From Dehalococcoidia bacterium (GTDB taxonomy: Bacteria; Chloroflexota; Dehalococcoidia; Dehalococcoidales; JAUYDJ01), in assembly GCA_020353235.1 (NCBI GenBank), contig CP070693.1, forward strand, positions 644,343 to 708,342: a stretch of DNA of 64,000 bases, given 5' to 3'. The notes below the pieces were generated by a model. The model worked only from the letters and a program-made list of their open reading frames with translations, did not search any database and was not told the DNA's origin. Shown here in pieces: positions 56,336-64,000 of the stretch; within the stretch, counting starts at the first letter, position 1; each line of letters opens with the position of its first letter. The translations under genes and the position numbers were made by a program.

Positions 56336-57685
56336 TTAAATCGCTCGGGGAGCAAGCTCGCCAGGTTCGGCCAAATCACCCTTCCACTGTGCCTGGGTCA
56401 AGCCCAGCCGTTCAAAAATCTCGTCAATATGACGCAGATAGTAGTGATAATCAAAGAGTGGCTTGAGCTCCTCAGCCGACAGGACATCGGCAACCTCAAG
56501 GTCACTCTTGAGCTGAGCCAGAAAGTCCCTGTTTCCCTTCCAGGCAACCATGGCGTTGCGCTGGACCAATTCATAGGCTTTCTGCCGGCTCATTCCCTTG
56601 TCAATAAGGGCCAGCATCACCCGCTGGGAGAAAACCAGGCCCTTGGTCAGCTCCATATTCTTTTTCATCCGCTGGGGATTAACCTGCAGCCCCTTGATTA
56701 CCGAGCTGAAAAGAGACAGCGAGTAATCAAGTAGCAGGCAGGCATCGGGGATAATAACACGCTCGGTACAGGAATGGCTGATGTCGCGTTCATGCCACAG
56801 GGCGATATTTTCCATTGCGGTCAAGGCATAGCCCCTCACCAAACGGGCCAGCCCGCAGATTCGCTCGCACAGCTCCGGATTACGCTTGTGCGGCATCGCC
56901 GAGGAACCAGTCTGGCCCACGCTGAACGGTTCCTCTACTTCCCGTATTTCACTCCGCTGCAGCCCCCTGATTTCGGTGGCAAATTTTTCCAGAGAGCTAG
57001 CCATTATTGCCAGCGCCGTCACGAACTGGGCGTGCCGGTCACGCTGCAGTATCTGGCTGGATACCGGGGCGGGGGTAAGCTTCAGCTTCTGGCACGCTTT
57101 TCGTTCCACTTCAGGGGATACGGTGGCATAGGTGCCGACAGCGCCCGATATCTTGCCCACGGCAATCGCCTTTTTGGCTTCGGTAAGCCGCTGCGAGTTC
57201 CGCCTCATCTCCTCCACCCATAAAGCCAGCTTCAAGCCGAAGGAAAGCGGCTCGGCGTGAACGCCATGGGTACGCCCTATCATGGGCGTATATTTGTGCT
57301 CGATTGCCTTCTGCGCCACTACCGAAACAAGCTCTTTTATGTCCTTGGTCAATAATTCGGTAGCTTCCACCATCTGCAGGCTGAGGGCGGTGTCAATCAC
57401 ATCTGAAGAGGTAAGGCCAAGGTGGATGAAACGGGACTCCTCACCCAGACTCTCGGAGACAGTGCTGAGAAAGGCAGTCATATCATGGTGGGTTTCCTTG
57501 AGAATCTCGGCCATGCGCTTGTGGTTACAGCGTGCCATCTTGATTTTGGGTATGGCCTCACGAGGAATAACGCCCAGCTCAGCCCAGGCGTCACAGACGG
57601 CAATCTCCACCTCCAGCCACTTCTCAAACTTGTTCTCGTCTGACCATACCCGCTTCATTGGCGGGCGGGAATATCGCTCAATCAT
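56336..57685 (-). CDS. purB: Adenylosuccinate lyase PurB
   Basis: MIERYSRPPM..., LGLTSSDVIDTA, GRTHGVHAEP and SSAMPHKRNP signature. Confidence 0.95.
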   Translation of the reverse strand: MIERYSRPPMKRVWSDENKFEKWLEVEIAVCDAWAELGVIPREAIPKIKMARCNHKRMAEILKETHHDMTAFLSTVSESLGEESRFIHLGLTSSDVIDTALSLQMVEATELLTKDIKELVSVVAQKAIEHKYTPMIGRTHGVHAEPLSFGLKLALWVEEMRRNSQRLTEAKKAIAVGKISGAVGTYATVSPEVERKACQKLKLTPAPVSSQILQRDRHAQFVTALAIMASSLEKFATEIRGLQRSEIREVEEPFSVGQTGSSAMPHKRNPELCERICGLARLVRGYALTAMENIALWHERDISHSCTERVIIPDACLLLDYSLSLFSSVIKGLQVNPQRMKKNMELTKGLVFSQRVMLALIDKGMSRQKAYELVQRNAMVAWKGNRDFLAQLKSDLEVADVLSAEELKPLFDYHYYLRHIDEIFERLGLTQAQWKGDLAEPGELAPRAI

Positions 57686-58146
57686 TGGCTGTCTCCTTGT
57701 AATTCGCTGCGGTACTTTTCATAGGCCTGGCGAATATCCTCATGCTTCAAGCCCAGAATCCCCGCCGCCAGATAGGCGGCGTTCTTCGCCCCGGCGGTGT
57801 CCAGCGCCATGCAGGCAACCGGTATCCCCGCCGGCATCTGGACTATGGAGTAGAGGGCATCAATCCCCTTTAGCTCGCCATGGGCGAGGGGTACCCCGAT
57901 AACAGGGAGGGTTGTCCAACTCGCCAGCACGCCAGGCAGGTGGGCGGCCCTGCCCGCGGCGGCAATGATGACCTCAATCCCCCGACGGCGGGCATTCTGG
58001 CCGAATTGCCTCGCCTTCTCCGGGGTGCGATGGGCGGAGATAACATCAACCTCATATTCAATGCCAAGCTTGGTCAATATATCCAGAGTCGGCTGAAGCG
58101 CCTCATTATCTGAATTGGAACCCATAATTACGGCCACCAGTGGCAT
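57682..58146 (-). CDS. purE: N5-carboxyaminoimidazole ribonucleotide mutase PurE
   Basis: VAVIMGSNSD..., SAHRTPE, AAGRAAHLPGVLAS and PVIGVP. Confidence 0.95.
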   Translation of the reverse strand: MPLVAVIMGSNSDNEALQPTLDILTKLGIEYEVDVISAHRTPEKARQFGQNARRRGIEVIIAAAGRAAHLPGVLASWTTLPVIGVPLAHGELKGIDALYSIVQMPAGIPVACMALDTAGAKNAAYLAAGILGLKHEDIRQAYEKYRSELQGDSQ

Positions 58147-58153
58147 TTAATCT

Positions 58154-58240
58154 ACCTCACACCCTTAATCCCCCCATCCTTCAAAGGAGAGGGGGAAGGA
58201 AGTTTTGAGAGGGGCTTCACCCCTCTTTGACTCTCTTTAA
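58154..58240 (-). repeat. Intercistronic two-hairpin repeat, copy 2 of 3 (fills the purD-purE spacer)
   Basis: ACCTCAcaCCCTTAATCCCCCCAtCCTTCAAAGGAGAGGGGGAAGGaagttttgAGAGGGGcttcaCCCCTCTttgactctctttaa. Hairpin 2 has a perfect 7-bp stem. The left arm of hairpin 1 is degenerate. Confidence 0.8.
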
Positions 58241-59512
58241 TTATAGCTTTATATTTTTTATTTCGGCGATGTCTTTACGGTAGTGACAGCCCTTGAAATT
58301 AATTCGGAAAATATTAGCATAAACCTTTTTTCGGGCTTCAACAAGAGTCTCGCCCCGGGCGGTTACCGTCAGCACCCGCCCCCCGCTGGTCAATACCTCC
58401 CCATCTGAGCCAAGCCTAGTGCCGGCCTGAAAAACGACAATATCTTTATCCAGCTCATCCAGCCCGCTAACCGGGAAGCCGGTCTGGTAGCTACCAGGGT
58501 AGCCACCGGAAGCCATAACCACCCCGACGCAGGCGTCCTGGCTCCACTCAATTTTTATTTGGCCCAGTTTATGGTTAATTACCGCCAGCATAATATCAAC
58601 CAAGTCGGTCTTCAGCCGGGGCAGGGTAACCTGTGCCTCCGGGTCACCAAACCGGGCATTAAATTCTAACACTTTTGGCTCATTATTGTTAACTATCAGA
58701 CCGCCGTAGAGTACACCCTGATAGGCCCTGCCTTCAGCGAGCATCGCCTTTACCGCCGGCAGCATAATAGCCTGCTGAATTTTTTGTGCCAGCGCCGCAT
58801 TATAAAAGGGCGGCGGGCTGTAGCTACCCATACCGCCGGTATTGGGGCCTCGGTCACCGTCAAATACCCGCTTGTAATCGCAGGCCGGCACTATCGGGAC
58901 CACGCTTTTGGCATCGGTGAAGGCAAAGACGCTTATCTCCCGGCCGGTTAAATGCTCTTCAATCAACACCCGCTCCCCCGCTGCCCCCAGCGCCTTTTGC
59001 TCCATAATCCAGGCAAGAGCATCCAGAGCCTCTTTCACTGATTCGGCCACGATTACCCCCTTCCCCGCCGCCAGCCCATCCGCCTTGACCACAATCGGGG
59101 GTATCTGCTTCTGGACATAGTCTTTAGCCTGGGCATAATCAGCGAAGGTGGCGCTCTGGCCACAGGGGATATTGTATTTATGCATTAATTCTTTGGCGAA
59201 GACCTTGCTTGACTCTATCTCGGCGGCTTTTTTGGTGGCGCCGAATATAGCCATGCCCCTCCTGATAAACTCATCGGTAATGCCCTCCGCCAGCGGGGCT
59301 TCGGGGCCGACCACGGTGAGGTCAATCTTCTTTTCCCGGGCTACTTTGAGTAGCGACTCAATATCAGTAGGCTTGATATCCAGGTTCTGGGCAAGCTGGG
59401 CGGTGCCGGCATTACCTGGCGCGGCGTAAATATCATTAACCTTGGAGCTCTGAGCTATCTTCCAGACTAAGGTATGCTCCCTCGCCCCACCCCCAACGAC
59501 TAGTATCTTGAT
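58241..59512 (-). CDS. purD: Phosphoribosylamine-glycine ligase PurD, probable non-canonical AUC (or AUA) start
   Basis: The track ORF starts at GTG 59314 (MVGPEAPL). The same frame stays open to 59512 and encodes IKILVVGGGAREHTLVWKIAQSSKVNDIYAAPGNAGTA..., which aligns residue for residue with the PurD N-domain (E. coli MKVLVIGNGGREHALAWK...). TAA sits immediately upstream at 59515-59513. Confidence 0.9.
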   Translation of the reverse strand: MKILVVGGGAREHTLVWKIAQSSKVNDIYAAPGNAGTAQLAQNLDIKPTDIESLLKVAREKKIDLTVVGPEAPLAEGITDEFIRRGMAIFGATKKAAEIESSKVFAKELMHKYNIPCGQSATFADYAQAKDYVQKQIPPIVVKADGLAAGKGVIVAESVKEALDALAWIMEQKALGAAGERVLIEEHLTGREISVFAFTDAKSVVPIVPACDYKRVFDGDRGPNTGGMGSYSPPPFYNAALAQKIQQAIMLPAVKAMLAEGRAYQGVLYGGLIVNNNEPKVLEFNARFGDPEAQVTLPRLKTDLVDIMLAVINHKLGQIKIEWSQDACVGVVMASGGYPGSYQTGFPVSGLDELDKDIVVFQAGTRLGSDGEVLTSGGRVLTVTARGETLVEARKKVYANIFRINFKGCHYRKDIAEIKNIKL

Positions 59513-59514
59513 TT

Positions 59515-59612
59515 ACCTCACCCCCTGTTTCCCCCTCTCCTTCAAAGGAGAGGGGGAGGAATGGATTTGAAGGGGCTTCGCTCCTTCAAACTACCCCCTG
59601 CTACTCTCTTCT
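59515..59612 (-). repeat. Intercistronic two-hairpin repeat, copy 3 of 3 (fills the guaA-purD spacer)
   Basis: ACCTCAccCCCTGTTTCCCCCTCTCCTTCAAAGGAGAGGGGGAGGaatggatTTGAAGGGGCttcGCTCCTTCAAactaccccctgctactctcttc. Hairpin 1 has a perfect 12-bp stem. Confidence 0.8.
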
Positions 59613-59622
59613 TTTTAAATGT

Positions 59623-61311
59623 CTATTCCCACTCAATGGTGGAGGGGGGTTTGGAGGTTATGTCATAGACAACGCGGTTGACGCCGGGGACTTCGTTGAC
59701 GATGCGGTTGGAGATGCGGGCGAGCACTTCGTAGGGCAGGCGTGCCCAGTCGGCGGTCATGGCATCATCACTGGTAACGGCACGGATAGACACCAGATAG
59801 CCGTAGGTCCGGTAGTCACCCATCACCCCCACCGACTTGACATCGGTCAAAATGGCAAAGCTCTGCCAGAGCTGGCGGTAGAGCTTGGCCCCCTTAATCT
59901 CGCTCATCACAATCCAGTCGGCACTGCGCAGTATCTCCAGCTTCTCCTTGGTCACCTCACCGATAATGCGAATCGCCAGTCCCGGTCCGGGGAAGGGCTG
60001 ACGCCAGACCATTTCTTCGGGCAGCCCCAGCTCCAGCCCGACCTGACGCACCTCATCTTTAAACAGATAGCGCAGCGGTTCCAGCAGGCTCAGTGTCATC
60101 TTGGCGGGCAGTCCACCCACATTGTGGTGGCTCTTTATCCGCGCCGGGGCGCTGGTGGAAGAAGAGGCACTCTCAATGACATCGGGGTAAAGCGTCCCCT
60201 GAGCCAGGAAATCAACCTTGCCAATACTACCGGCTTCCTCTTCAAATACCCGGATAAACTCCTCGCCGATAACCTTGCGTTTGGTCTCGGGGTCCACTAC
60301 CCCCTTTAGCCGGTACAGAAACCTCTCCGCGGCATCAACAAAGACAACGTTCATGCCCAGGTTAAGACGGAAGACATTAAAGGTCCGCTCCACTTCCTCG
60401 CGGCGCAGCAGCCCGTTATTGACAAAGATACAGGTGAGCTGGTCGCCGATGGCACGGTTGATGAGAGTAGCCACCACCGACGAATCCACCCCGCCGGAGA
60501 TGGCGTTGATGACCCGGCCCTTGCCTACCTGCTTTTTGATGGCCGCCACGCTTTCATTGATAAAGTTGCCCATCGTCCAGTTCCCCTGGCAGCCACATAC
60601 CCGATAGGCAAAGTTTCTCAGGATTTTCTTCCCCTCCGGGGTGTGGGCTACCTCAGGATGGAACTGGAGACCAAAGACACGCTTGCTGCCAATAACGGCC
60701 AGGGGCGAATTTTCGGTATAAGCCAGGGGGGTGAAGCCGGGGGGCATGGCATCAATCTGGTCGGCATGGCTCATCCATACCGGCATGGAAGACGGCAAAT
60801 CAGCAAAAAGCGGTGAGTCCACTTCGCTCAGGTGAAGGACGGCATACCCGTACTCGCGCTTGGTGCCCGGGGATACCTTGCCGCCGAGTTGCTTGGTAAT
60901 AACCTGCATGCCGTAGCAGATGCCCAGCACCGGCAGGCCTTTTTCATAAAAATAAGCTGGTGCCAGTGGGGCACCGGCTTCGTAGACACTGGCCGGACCC
61001 CCGGAGAGGATAAATCCTTTGGGGTTGAGCGGAGCTATCTTTTCCCAAGGGGTATCCGGGGAGACCAGCTCGCAATATACCTGACACTCACGGATGCGGC
61101 GGGCGATGAGCATGCTATACTGGGAGCCAAAATCAATAACGATAATTGACTCACGCTCAACGGTTGGTATCGCCTCTTTAGCCGGGGCCAGCTTCTCCTC
61201 GCCTATCTTCTCAGCAATCTCAAGATAGGTGGAGACCTCAATATCACCACTAGTGGTTACCCGGCGGCTCTTCTCAGTAACTCGCCTTGCCTTACCCCTA
61301 ACTCTTTCCAT
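59623..61311 (-). CDS. guaA: GMP synthase (glutamine-hydrolysing) GuaA, with a ~50-aa N-terminal extension or an unresolved start
   Basis: [20 protein letters not shown], the GATase Cys (GICYGMQ), the ATP-PPase SGGVDSSV motif and the C-terminal ...PPSTIEWE. No ATG/GTG/TTG lies between ATG 61311 and the GATase domain. Confidence 0.95.
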   Translation of the reverse strand: MERVRGKARRVTEKSRRVTTSGDIEVSTYLEIAEKIGEEKLAPAKEAIPTVERESIIVIDFGSQYSMLIARRIRECQVYCELVSPDTPWEKIAPLNPKGFILSGGPASVYEAGAPLAPAYFYEKGLPVLGICYGMQVITKQLGGKVSPGTKREYGYAVLHLSEVDSPLFADLPSSMPVWMSHADQIDAMPPGFTPLAYTENSPLAVIGSKRVFGLQFHPEVAHTPEGKKILRNFAYRVCGCQGNWTMGNFINESVAAIKKQVGKGRVINAISGGVDSSVVATLINRAIGDQLTCIFVNNGLLRREEVERTFNVFRLNLGMNVVFVDAAERFLYRLKGVVDPETKRKVIGEEFIRVFEEEAGSIGKVDFLAQGTLYPDVIESASSSTSAPARIKSHHNVGGLPAKMTLSLLEPLRYLFKDEVRQVGLELGLPEEMVWRQPFPGPGLAIRIIGEVTKEKLEILRSADWIVMSEIKGAKLYRQLWQSFAILTDVKSVGVMGDYRTYGYLVSIRAVTSDDAMTADWARLPYEVLARISNRIVNEVPGVNRVVYDITSKPPSTIEWE

Positions 61312-61318
61312 TTATCAA

Positions 61319-61347
61319 AGATTATCACTGTGCCAAATTGTTTTCAA
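61319..61347 (-). promoter_or_regulatory. Candidate promoter placing the TSS at or near the guaA ATG 61311
   Basis: On the minus strand: TTGAAA(61347-42), 17-nt spacer, TAATCT(61324-19), then 7 nt to the ATG. No SD. Confidence 0.3.
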
Positions 61348-61353
61348 GTGGTG

Positions 61354-61842
61354 CTACTTAAGGGTGAAGTTAGCTGAGCCGGTACCTATCGCCCCGGAGA
61401 GCTTGTCTCTAACGGTAAACTCCCACCGATATTGTCCCGGGATATCATCTAACCTACTGCCAAAGAATCCCCAGAGCCAAATATATTCAGGCATTTCAGG
61501 CAAATCATCTTCGTGGATATCGCCGACGTCTACCAGCTGTTCCACCATATCGCCATCAGGGCCGAATATTTCAAAATGGCTAAACTCCAGCCAACACTCA
61601 TATTTGTCCTCAATCTGTTTCACTGCCATGCTACGTGCCTCAAAATAAAGCCAGATACCATCGCCACGGTTAAAGGCTGCCCCCGGCTGAACTATATGGG
61701 CTCCATCAATCCCAACATAGGAACATATTGCTACATTTCGAATGTCCAGTTTTTGAGCACACCCTGCCGTCCAAATTACCAATGATATCAACAGAACGAA
61801 GATTAACAACAGAGCTGTTTTTAGCTTCCATTTCCTATTCAT
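61354..61842 (-). CDS. Lipoprotein of unknown function
   Basis: MNRKWKLKTALLLIFVLLISLVIWTAGC lipobox. I chose ATG 61842 because the track start at 61869 lies inside the upstream hairpin. Confidence 0.6.
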   Translation of the reverse strand: MNRKWKLKTALLLIFVLLISLVIWTAGCAQKLDIRNVAICSYVGIDGAHIVQPGAAFNRGDGIWLYFEARSMAVKQIEDKYECWLEFSHFEIFGPDGDMVEQLVDVGDIHEDDLPEMPEYIWLWGFFGSRLDDIPGQYRWEFTVRDKLSGAIGTGSANFTLK

Positions 61843-61861
61843 GCAGTACTTCCAAAACCTA

Positions 61862-61905
61862 AAGGGCACCAGCTACCACCATCTGGTCAGTGGTCTGGTG
61901 CCCTT
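61862..61905 (-). terminator. Long nested hairpin between the two lipoprotein genes (terminator/attenuator candidate)
   Basis: AAGGGCACCAG(61862-72) pairs with CTGGTGCCCTT(61895-905), 11 bp perfect, enclosing ACCAC...GTGGT. On the minus strand it is followed by TAGGTTTTGG. It contains the shared 17-mer AAAGGGCACCAGCTACC. Confidence 0.5.
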
Positions 61906-61929
61906 CTGCATCGCCTTAACTCTAAAATA

Positions 61930-62613
61930 TTATTGATAATAATCAACCATACAGGTAATGTAGTAAATATCTCCCGATTTATACACGGCCGCAGCGCCAT
62001 ATTGAGCGCCCTTAATAAGGAAATTTGCATCAAAATTCCTGGTGTTCTTCCAGACTGTAAATACGGCGCTAGCTATTTCCTCGGTAGTGCTATATCCGGT
62101 CGCCCGATAAACTTCTTTACCGGCGGCACGTGACGGGTATTCAAGCTGCCCACTTGCAACCATATCATTGTTATTGGCCATGGCCGTCTTGTAGAGATAC
62201 CTACCCCACTCCAGTTCATCCAGTCCGTTATCTATTCTTTCTTGATTTACCAATTCGAACAGCGCCTGTTCTACATCTGCCTCAATAATCCCGCCGGTTT
62301 CTTCTACTGGGACACCAAGCTGTTCGCTCAACTCTTCATATTGCGTATTCAGCTCGTCATAGTAGGCACTCAATTCTTCATGCTCAACTTGCAACGTCTC
62401 ATGTTCGCTCTCTAGTTCATCATAGTCAGCCTTCAAATCATCATACTCGGCCTGTATTGCGCTGACCTCACTCTGCAGGTTAGTTACCCGTACCTGAACT
62501 GCATCTCGCTCAGCTTTTACCGCGTCATACTCTTCCTCCGAGATACCGCAACCGACCAGAAGACACGGAAGCAATAAGAATATCACCCCAAACATAAGCC
62601 ACCTTCTTTTCAT
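61930..62613 (-). CDS. Lipoprotein with an acidic coiled-coil region and a C-terminal CAP/SCP-like domain
   Basis: MKRRWLMFGVIFLLLPCLLVGC lipobox, heptad-like acidic repeats (AEYDDLKADYDELESEHETLQVEHEELSAYYDELNTQYEELSEQL) and a C-terminus LVNQERIDNGL...W...MANNNDM resembling bacterial CAP domains. AAGGAGG SD before ATG 62613. Confidence 0.65.
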   Translation of the reverse strand: MKRRWLMFGVIFLLLPCLLVGCGISEEEYDAVKAERDAVQVRVTNLQSEVSAIQAEYDDLKADYDELESEHETLQVEHEELSAYYDELNTQYEELSEQLGVPVEETGGIIEADVEQALFELVNQERIDNGLDELEWGRYLYKTAMANNNDMVASGQLEYPSRAAGKEVYRATGYSTTEEIASAVFTVWKNTRNFDANFLIKGAQYGAAAVYKSGDIYYITCMVDYYQ

Positions 62614-62637
62614 CTCAGACCTCCTTATTAGTATTAA

Positions 62638-62681
62638 AAGGGCACCAGCTACCGTCATTATTTAACGCTTCAAGTGCCCTT
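62638..62681 (-). promoter_or_regulatory. 5'-UTR hairpin upstream of the CAP-domain lipoprotein gene, sharing a 17-mer with the 61862-61905 hairpin
   Basis: AAGGGCAC(62638-45) pairs with GTGCCCTT(62674-81). On the minus strand the stem is followed by TTTTAATACTAATAAGGAGG and then the ATG. Confidence 0.45.
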
Positions 62682-62721
62682 CATTTTACCCATCTTCCCT
62701 GCCCCCATCCTTGATAGTTGG

Positions 62722-62750
62722 AGTCTATTCCTGATAGGGTGAATTGTCAA
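62722..62750 (-). promoter_or_regulatory. Candidate promoter for the lipoprotein gene pair
   Basis: On the minus strand: TTGACA(62750-45), 17-nt spacer, TAGACT(62727-22). This implies a ~100-nt 5' UTR. Confidence 0.5.
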
Positions 62751-62886
62751 TACTATCTGTTATTACGCGTTACTTCATCCACCCATTTCGCTGTATTCTT
62801 AAAAATGTATTCGGAACAAACCTCCCTGCGATTTATTATTAGTAAGGGTTGTAAAACCCGGTTTAACCCCTCCCCCTGATGAAAGT

Positions 62887-62918
62887 AATAAGGCACAGTG
62901 TACAAGCTGTGCCTTATT
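62887..62918. other. Perfect 12-bp hairpin in a 411-nt divergent intergenic region
   Basis: AATAAGGCACAG-tgtacaag-CTGTGCCTTATT. No adjacent convergent gene requires a terminator here. Confidence 0.5.
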
Positions 62919-63069
62919 GTTATTCACAGTTAATCAGCTTGACAGTCCGCTAACCCCTTCAGTGCTTCGGAAACCAAGCTCAGGCCTTCGCTCAGCTTCC
63001 TTAGGTAGTGGCTAGTGTTTTGGGCTCCTTTGTAACACTGTGTTATACTAGCGCCAAGAAACGCTAGTT

Positions 63070-63690
63070 ATGTTAAAGCCAGATAATTCTCTTGCGGCGC
63101 AGATTGAGCGGGGCATTGCCATTCTGCGAGGGGGAGGGGTGGTTGCCTTCCCCACCGATACCGTTTACGGGCTGGGGGCCTGTGCCGATAATGAAACGGC
63201 GGTCGCCAAAATTTTTGAGCTAAAGCAGCGCCCACAGAATATAGCCCTGCCCCTGCTTCTGGCCGACAAATCACAGATAAGCCGGGCCGCCCCTTCCGTA
63301 CCGCCGATTGCCTGGCTATTAATTAATAAGTTCCTGCCCGGTGCCCTGACCCTAGTTTTACCCAAAGCTGATGCCGTTCTAGACATTGTTACCGCCAGCG
63401 GCAGCACCGTTGCCATTCGTATTCCGAACCATCCCGTCCCGGTCGCTTTTGCCCGGGAGCTGGGGCCGATTGCCGCCACCAGCGCCAATCTGAGCGGCCA
63501 GCCCAGCGCCCTGACCGCGGCCGAAGTTTATAACCAGTTTGGTGATAAGATAGACCTGGTTATTGATGGCGGCAAATGCCCCAAGGGGGAAGAGTCGACC
63601 ATAGTTGATGTTACCGGCCCGACACCGGTACTGCTCCGGGAAGGGGCGATATCCCGGCAAGAACTGGAACAGGTGTGTGAGATAAAATGA
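63070..63690 (+). CDS. tsaC: L-threonylcarbamoyladenylate synthase (TsaC/YwlC; Sua5/YciO/YrdC family)
   Basis: GGVVAFPTDTVYGLGA, PGALTLVL, RIPNHP and SANLSGQP are YrdC-domain motifs. Confidence 0.9.
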   Translation: MLKPDNSLAAQIERGIAILRGGGVVAFPTDTVYGLGACADNETAVAKIFELKQRPQNIALPLLLADKSQISRAAPSVPPIAWLLINKFLPGALTLVLPKADAVLDIVTASGSTVAIRIPNHPVPVAFARELGPIAATSANLSGQPSALTAAEVYNQFGDKIDLVIDGGKCPKGEESTIVDVTGPTPVLLREGAISRQELEQVCEIK

Positions 63691-63875
63691 CCCGGCGTAA
63701 GTGGGCGCTGATAACGGCGGTCCTGACACTGACCTACGGGGCATTTCTTTTATTTCAAGCCTTCTGGCCAGGTTGGACCACTGTGCAGAGCGGCACCGGC
63801 CTGAGCGTAGCCAAAATTGCCGGCGGTATAATACTGCTCGGCTGGGGAAGTGTTTTCTTCAGGCTGAAGGGATAG
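63687..63875 (+). CDS. Small two-TM membrane protein (hypothetical)
   Basis: 62 aa with two hydrophobic helices. There is an ATGA overlap with the tsaC stop. Confidence 0.45.
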   Translation: MTRRKWALITAVLTLTYGAFLLFQAFWPGWTTVQSGTGLSVAKIAGGIILLGWGSVFFRLKG

Positions 63876-63921
63876 GCGCTTTTATCAAAAGAATGCCGAT
63901 GTGGCTAAAGGAGATGGAGCA

Positions 63922-64000
63922 ATGCATATTGCGGTTGGCAGTGACCACCGGGGGCTGGAGCTCAAGCAAGCGGTCATCAAGCTGATTACCGACGCCGGGC
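63922..64000 (+). CDS. rpiB: Ribose-5-phosphate isomerase B (RpiB/LacAB family), first 26 codons; continues beyond the window
   Basis: MHIAVGSDHRGLELKQAVIKLITDAG matches the RpiB N-terminus. AAGGAGATGGAG SD region upstream. Confidence 0.8.
   Translation, partial: MHIAVGSDHRGLELKQAVIKLITDAG

Noticed and set aside
58241-59314. The 357-aa purD from the ORF track (GTG 59314 start)
   Set aside because: It lacks the entire N-terminal GARS domain, which is encoded in the same frame up to 59512.
62939-62967. Plus-strand TTGACA at 62939-62944 as a promoter for an sRNA or for tsaC
   Set aside because: No acceptable -10 hexamer lies 16-19 nt downstream (the sequence there is GTGCTT). A weaker TTGGGC...TATACT candidate nearer tsaC is possible but not convincing.
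1-64000. Screen for CRISPR arrays, IS elements or transposases, integrases, phage genes, toxin-antitoxin pairs and rRNA
   Set aside because: None was found. The only repeated sequences are the three ~90-nt intercistronic elements, the 17-mer hairpin pair and the short phased motifs reported above. No ORF carries DDE, tyrosine or serine recombinase motifs.

Overview
Gene-dense chromosomal window with about 60 CDS and one tRNA. I found no rRNA, CRISPR array, transposase, integrase or prophage genes. Most of it is core metabolism and cell biology. In order: divergent selA/selD; copA with a YHS protein and a glutaredoxin-like protein; an ADP-forming acyl-CoA synthetase; tRNA-Ala; fur-feoA-feoB; secDF; cca; priA; rplS-trmD; a stripped-down division cluster mraZ-rsmH-ftsA-ftsZ; argJBD-x-argGH; rpmB; a yloV-like gene, degV and recG; a five-gene peptide ABC transporter; hisZGDCB; a guaA-purD-purE-purB-purC operon; tsaC; and the start of rpiB. 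The missing mur/pbp genes in the division cluster, the ADP-forming acyl-CoA synthetase and the selenium genes fit an anaerobic, wall-less Chloroflexota/Dehalococcoidia-like organism. That assignment is inference only. Main points worth a second look: (1) a translationally coupled minus-strand cluster at 10562-15953 (NurA-like nuclease, lipoprotein, unknown 200-aa protein, HerA-like ATPase, MauE-like membrane protein, patatin phospholipase), the best candidate here for an undescribed system; (2) a Sec-encoding selD with a SECIS-like hairpin, whose Sec loop and enzyme body sit in different frames; (3) a ~90-nt two-hairpin intercistronic repeat in three copies, each ending in the Shine-Dalgarno of the next gene, with compensatory stem changes; (4) a tandem-duplicated 466-aa HisG with one degenerate and one canonical PRPP loop; (5) purD with no canonical start codon (probable AUC); (6) four GTGG boxes at an exact 10-nt period over the mraZ promoter; (7) a shared 17-nt hairpin element ahead of two adjacent lipoprotein genes in an AT-richer patch. 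All promoter, terminator and RNA-structure calls come from reading the sequence by eye, not from computation.
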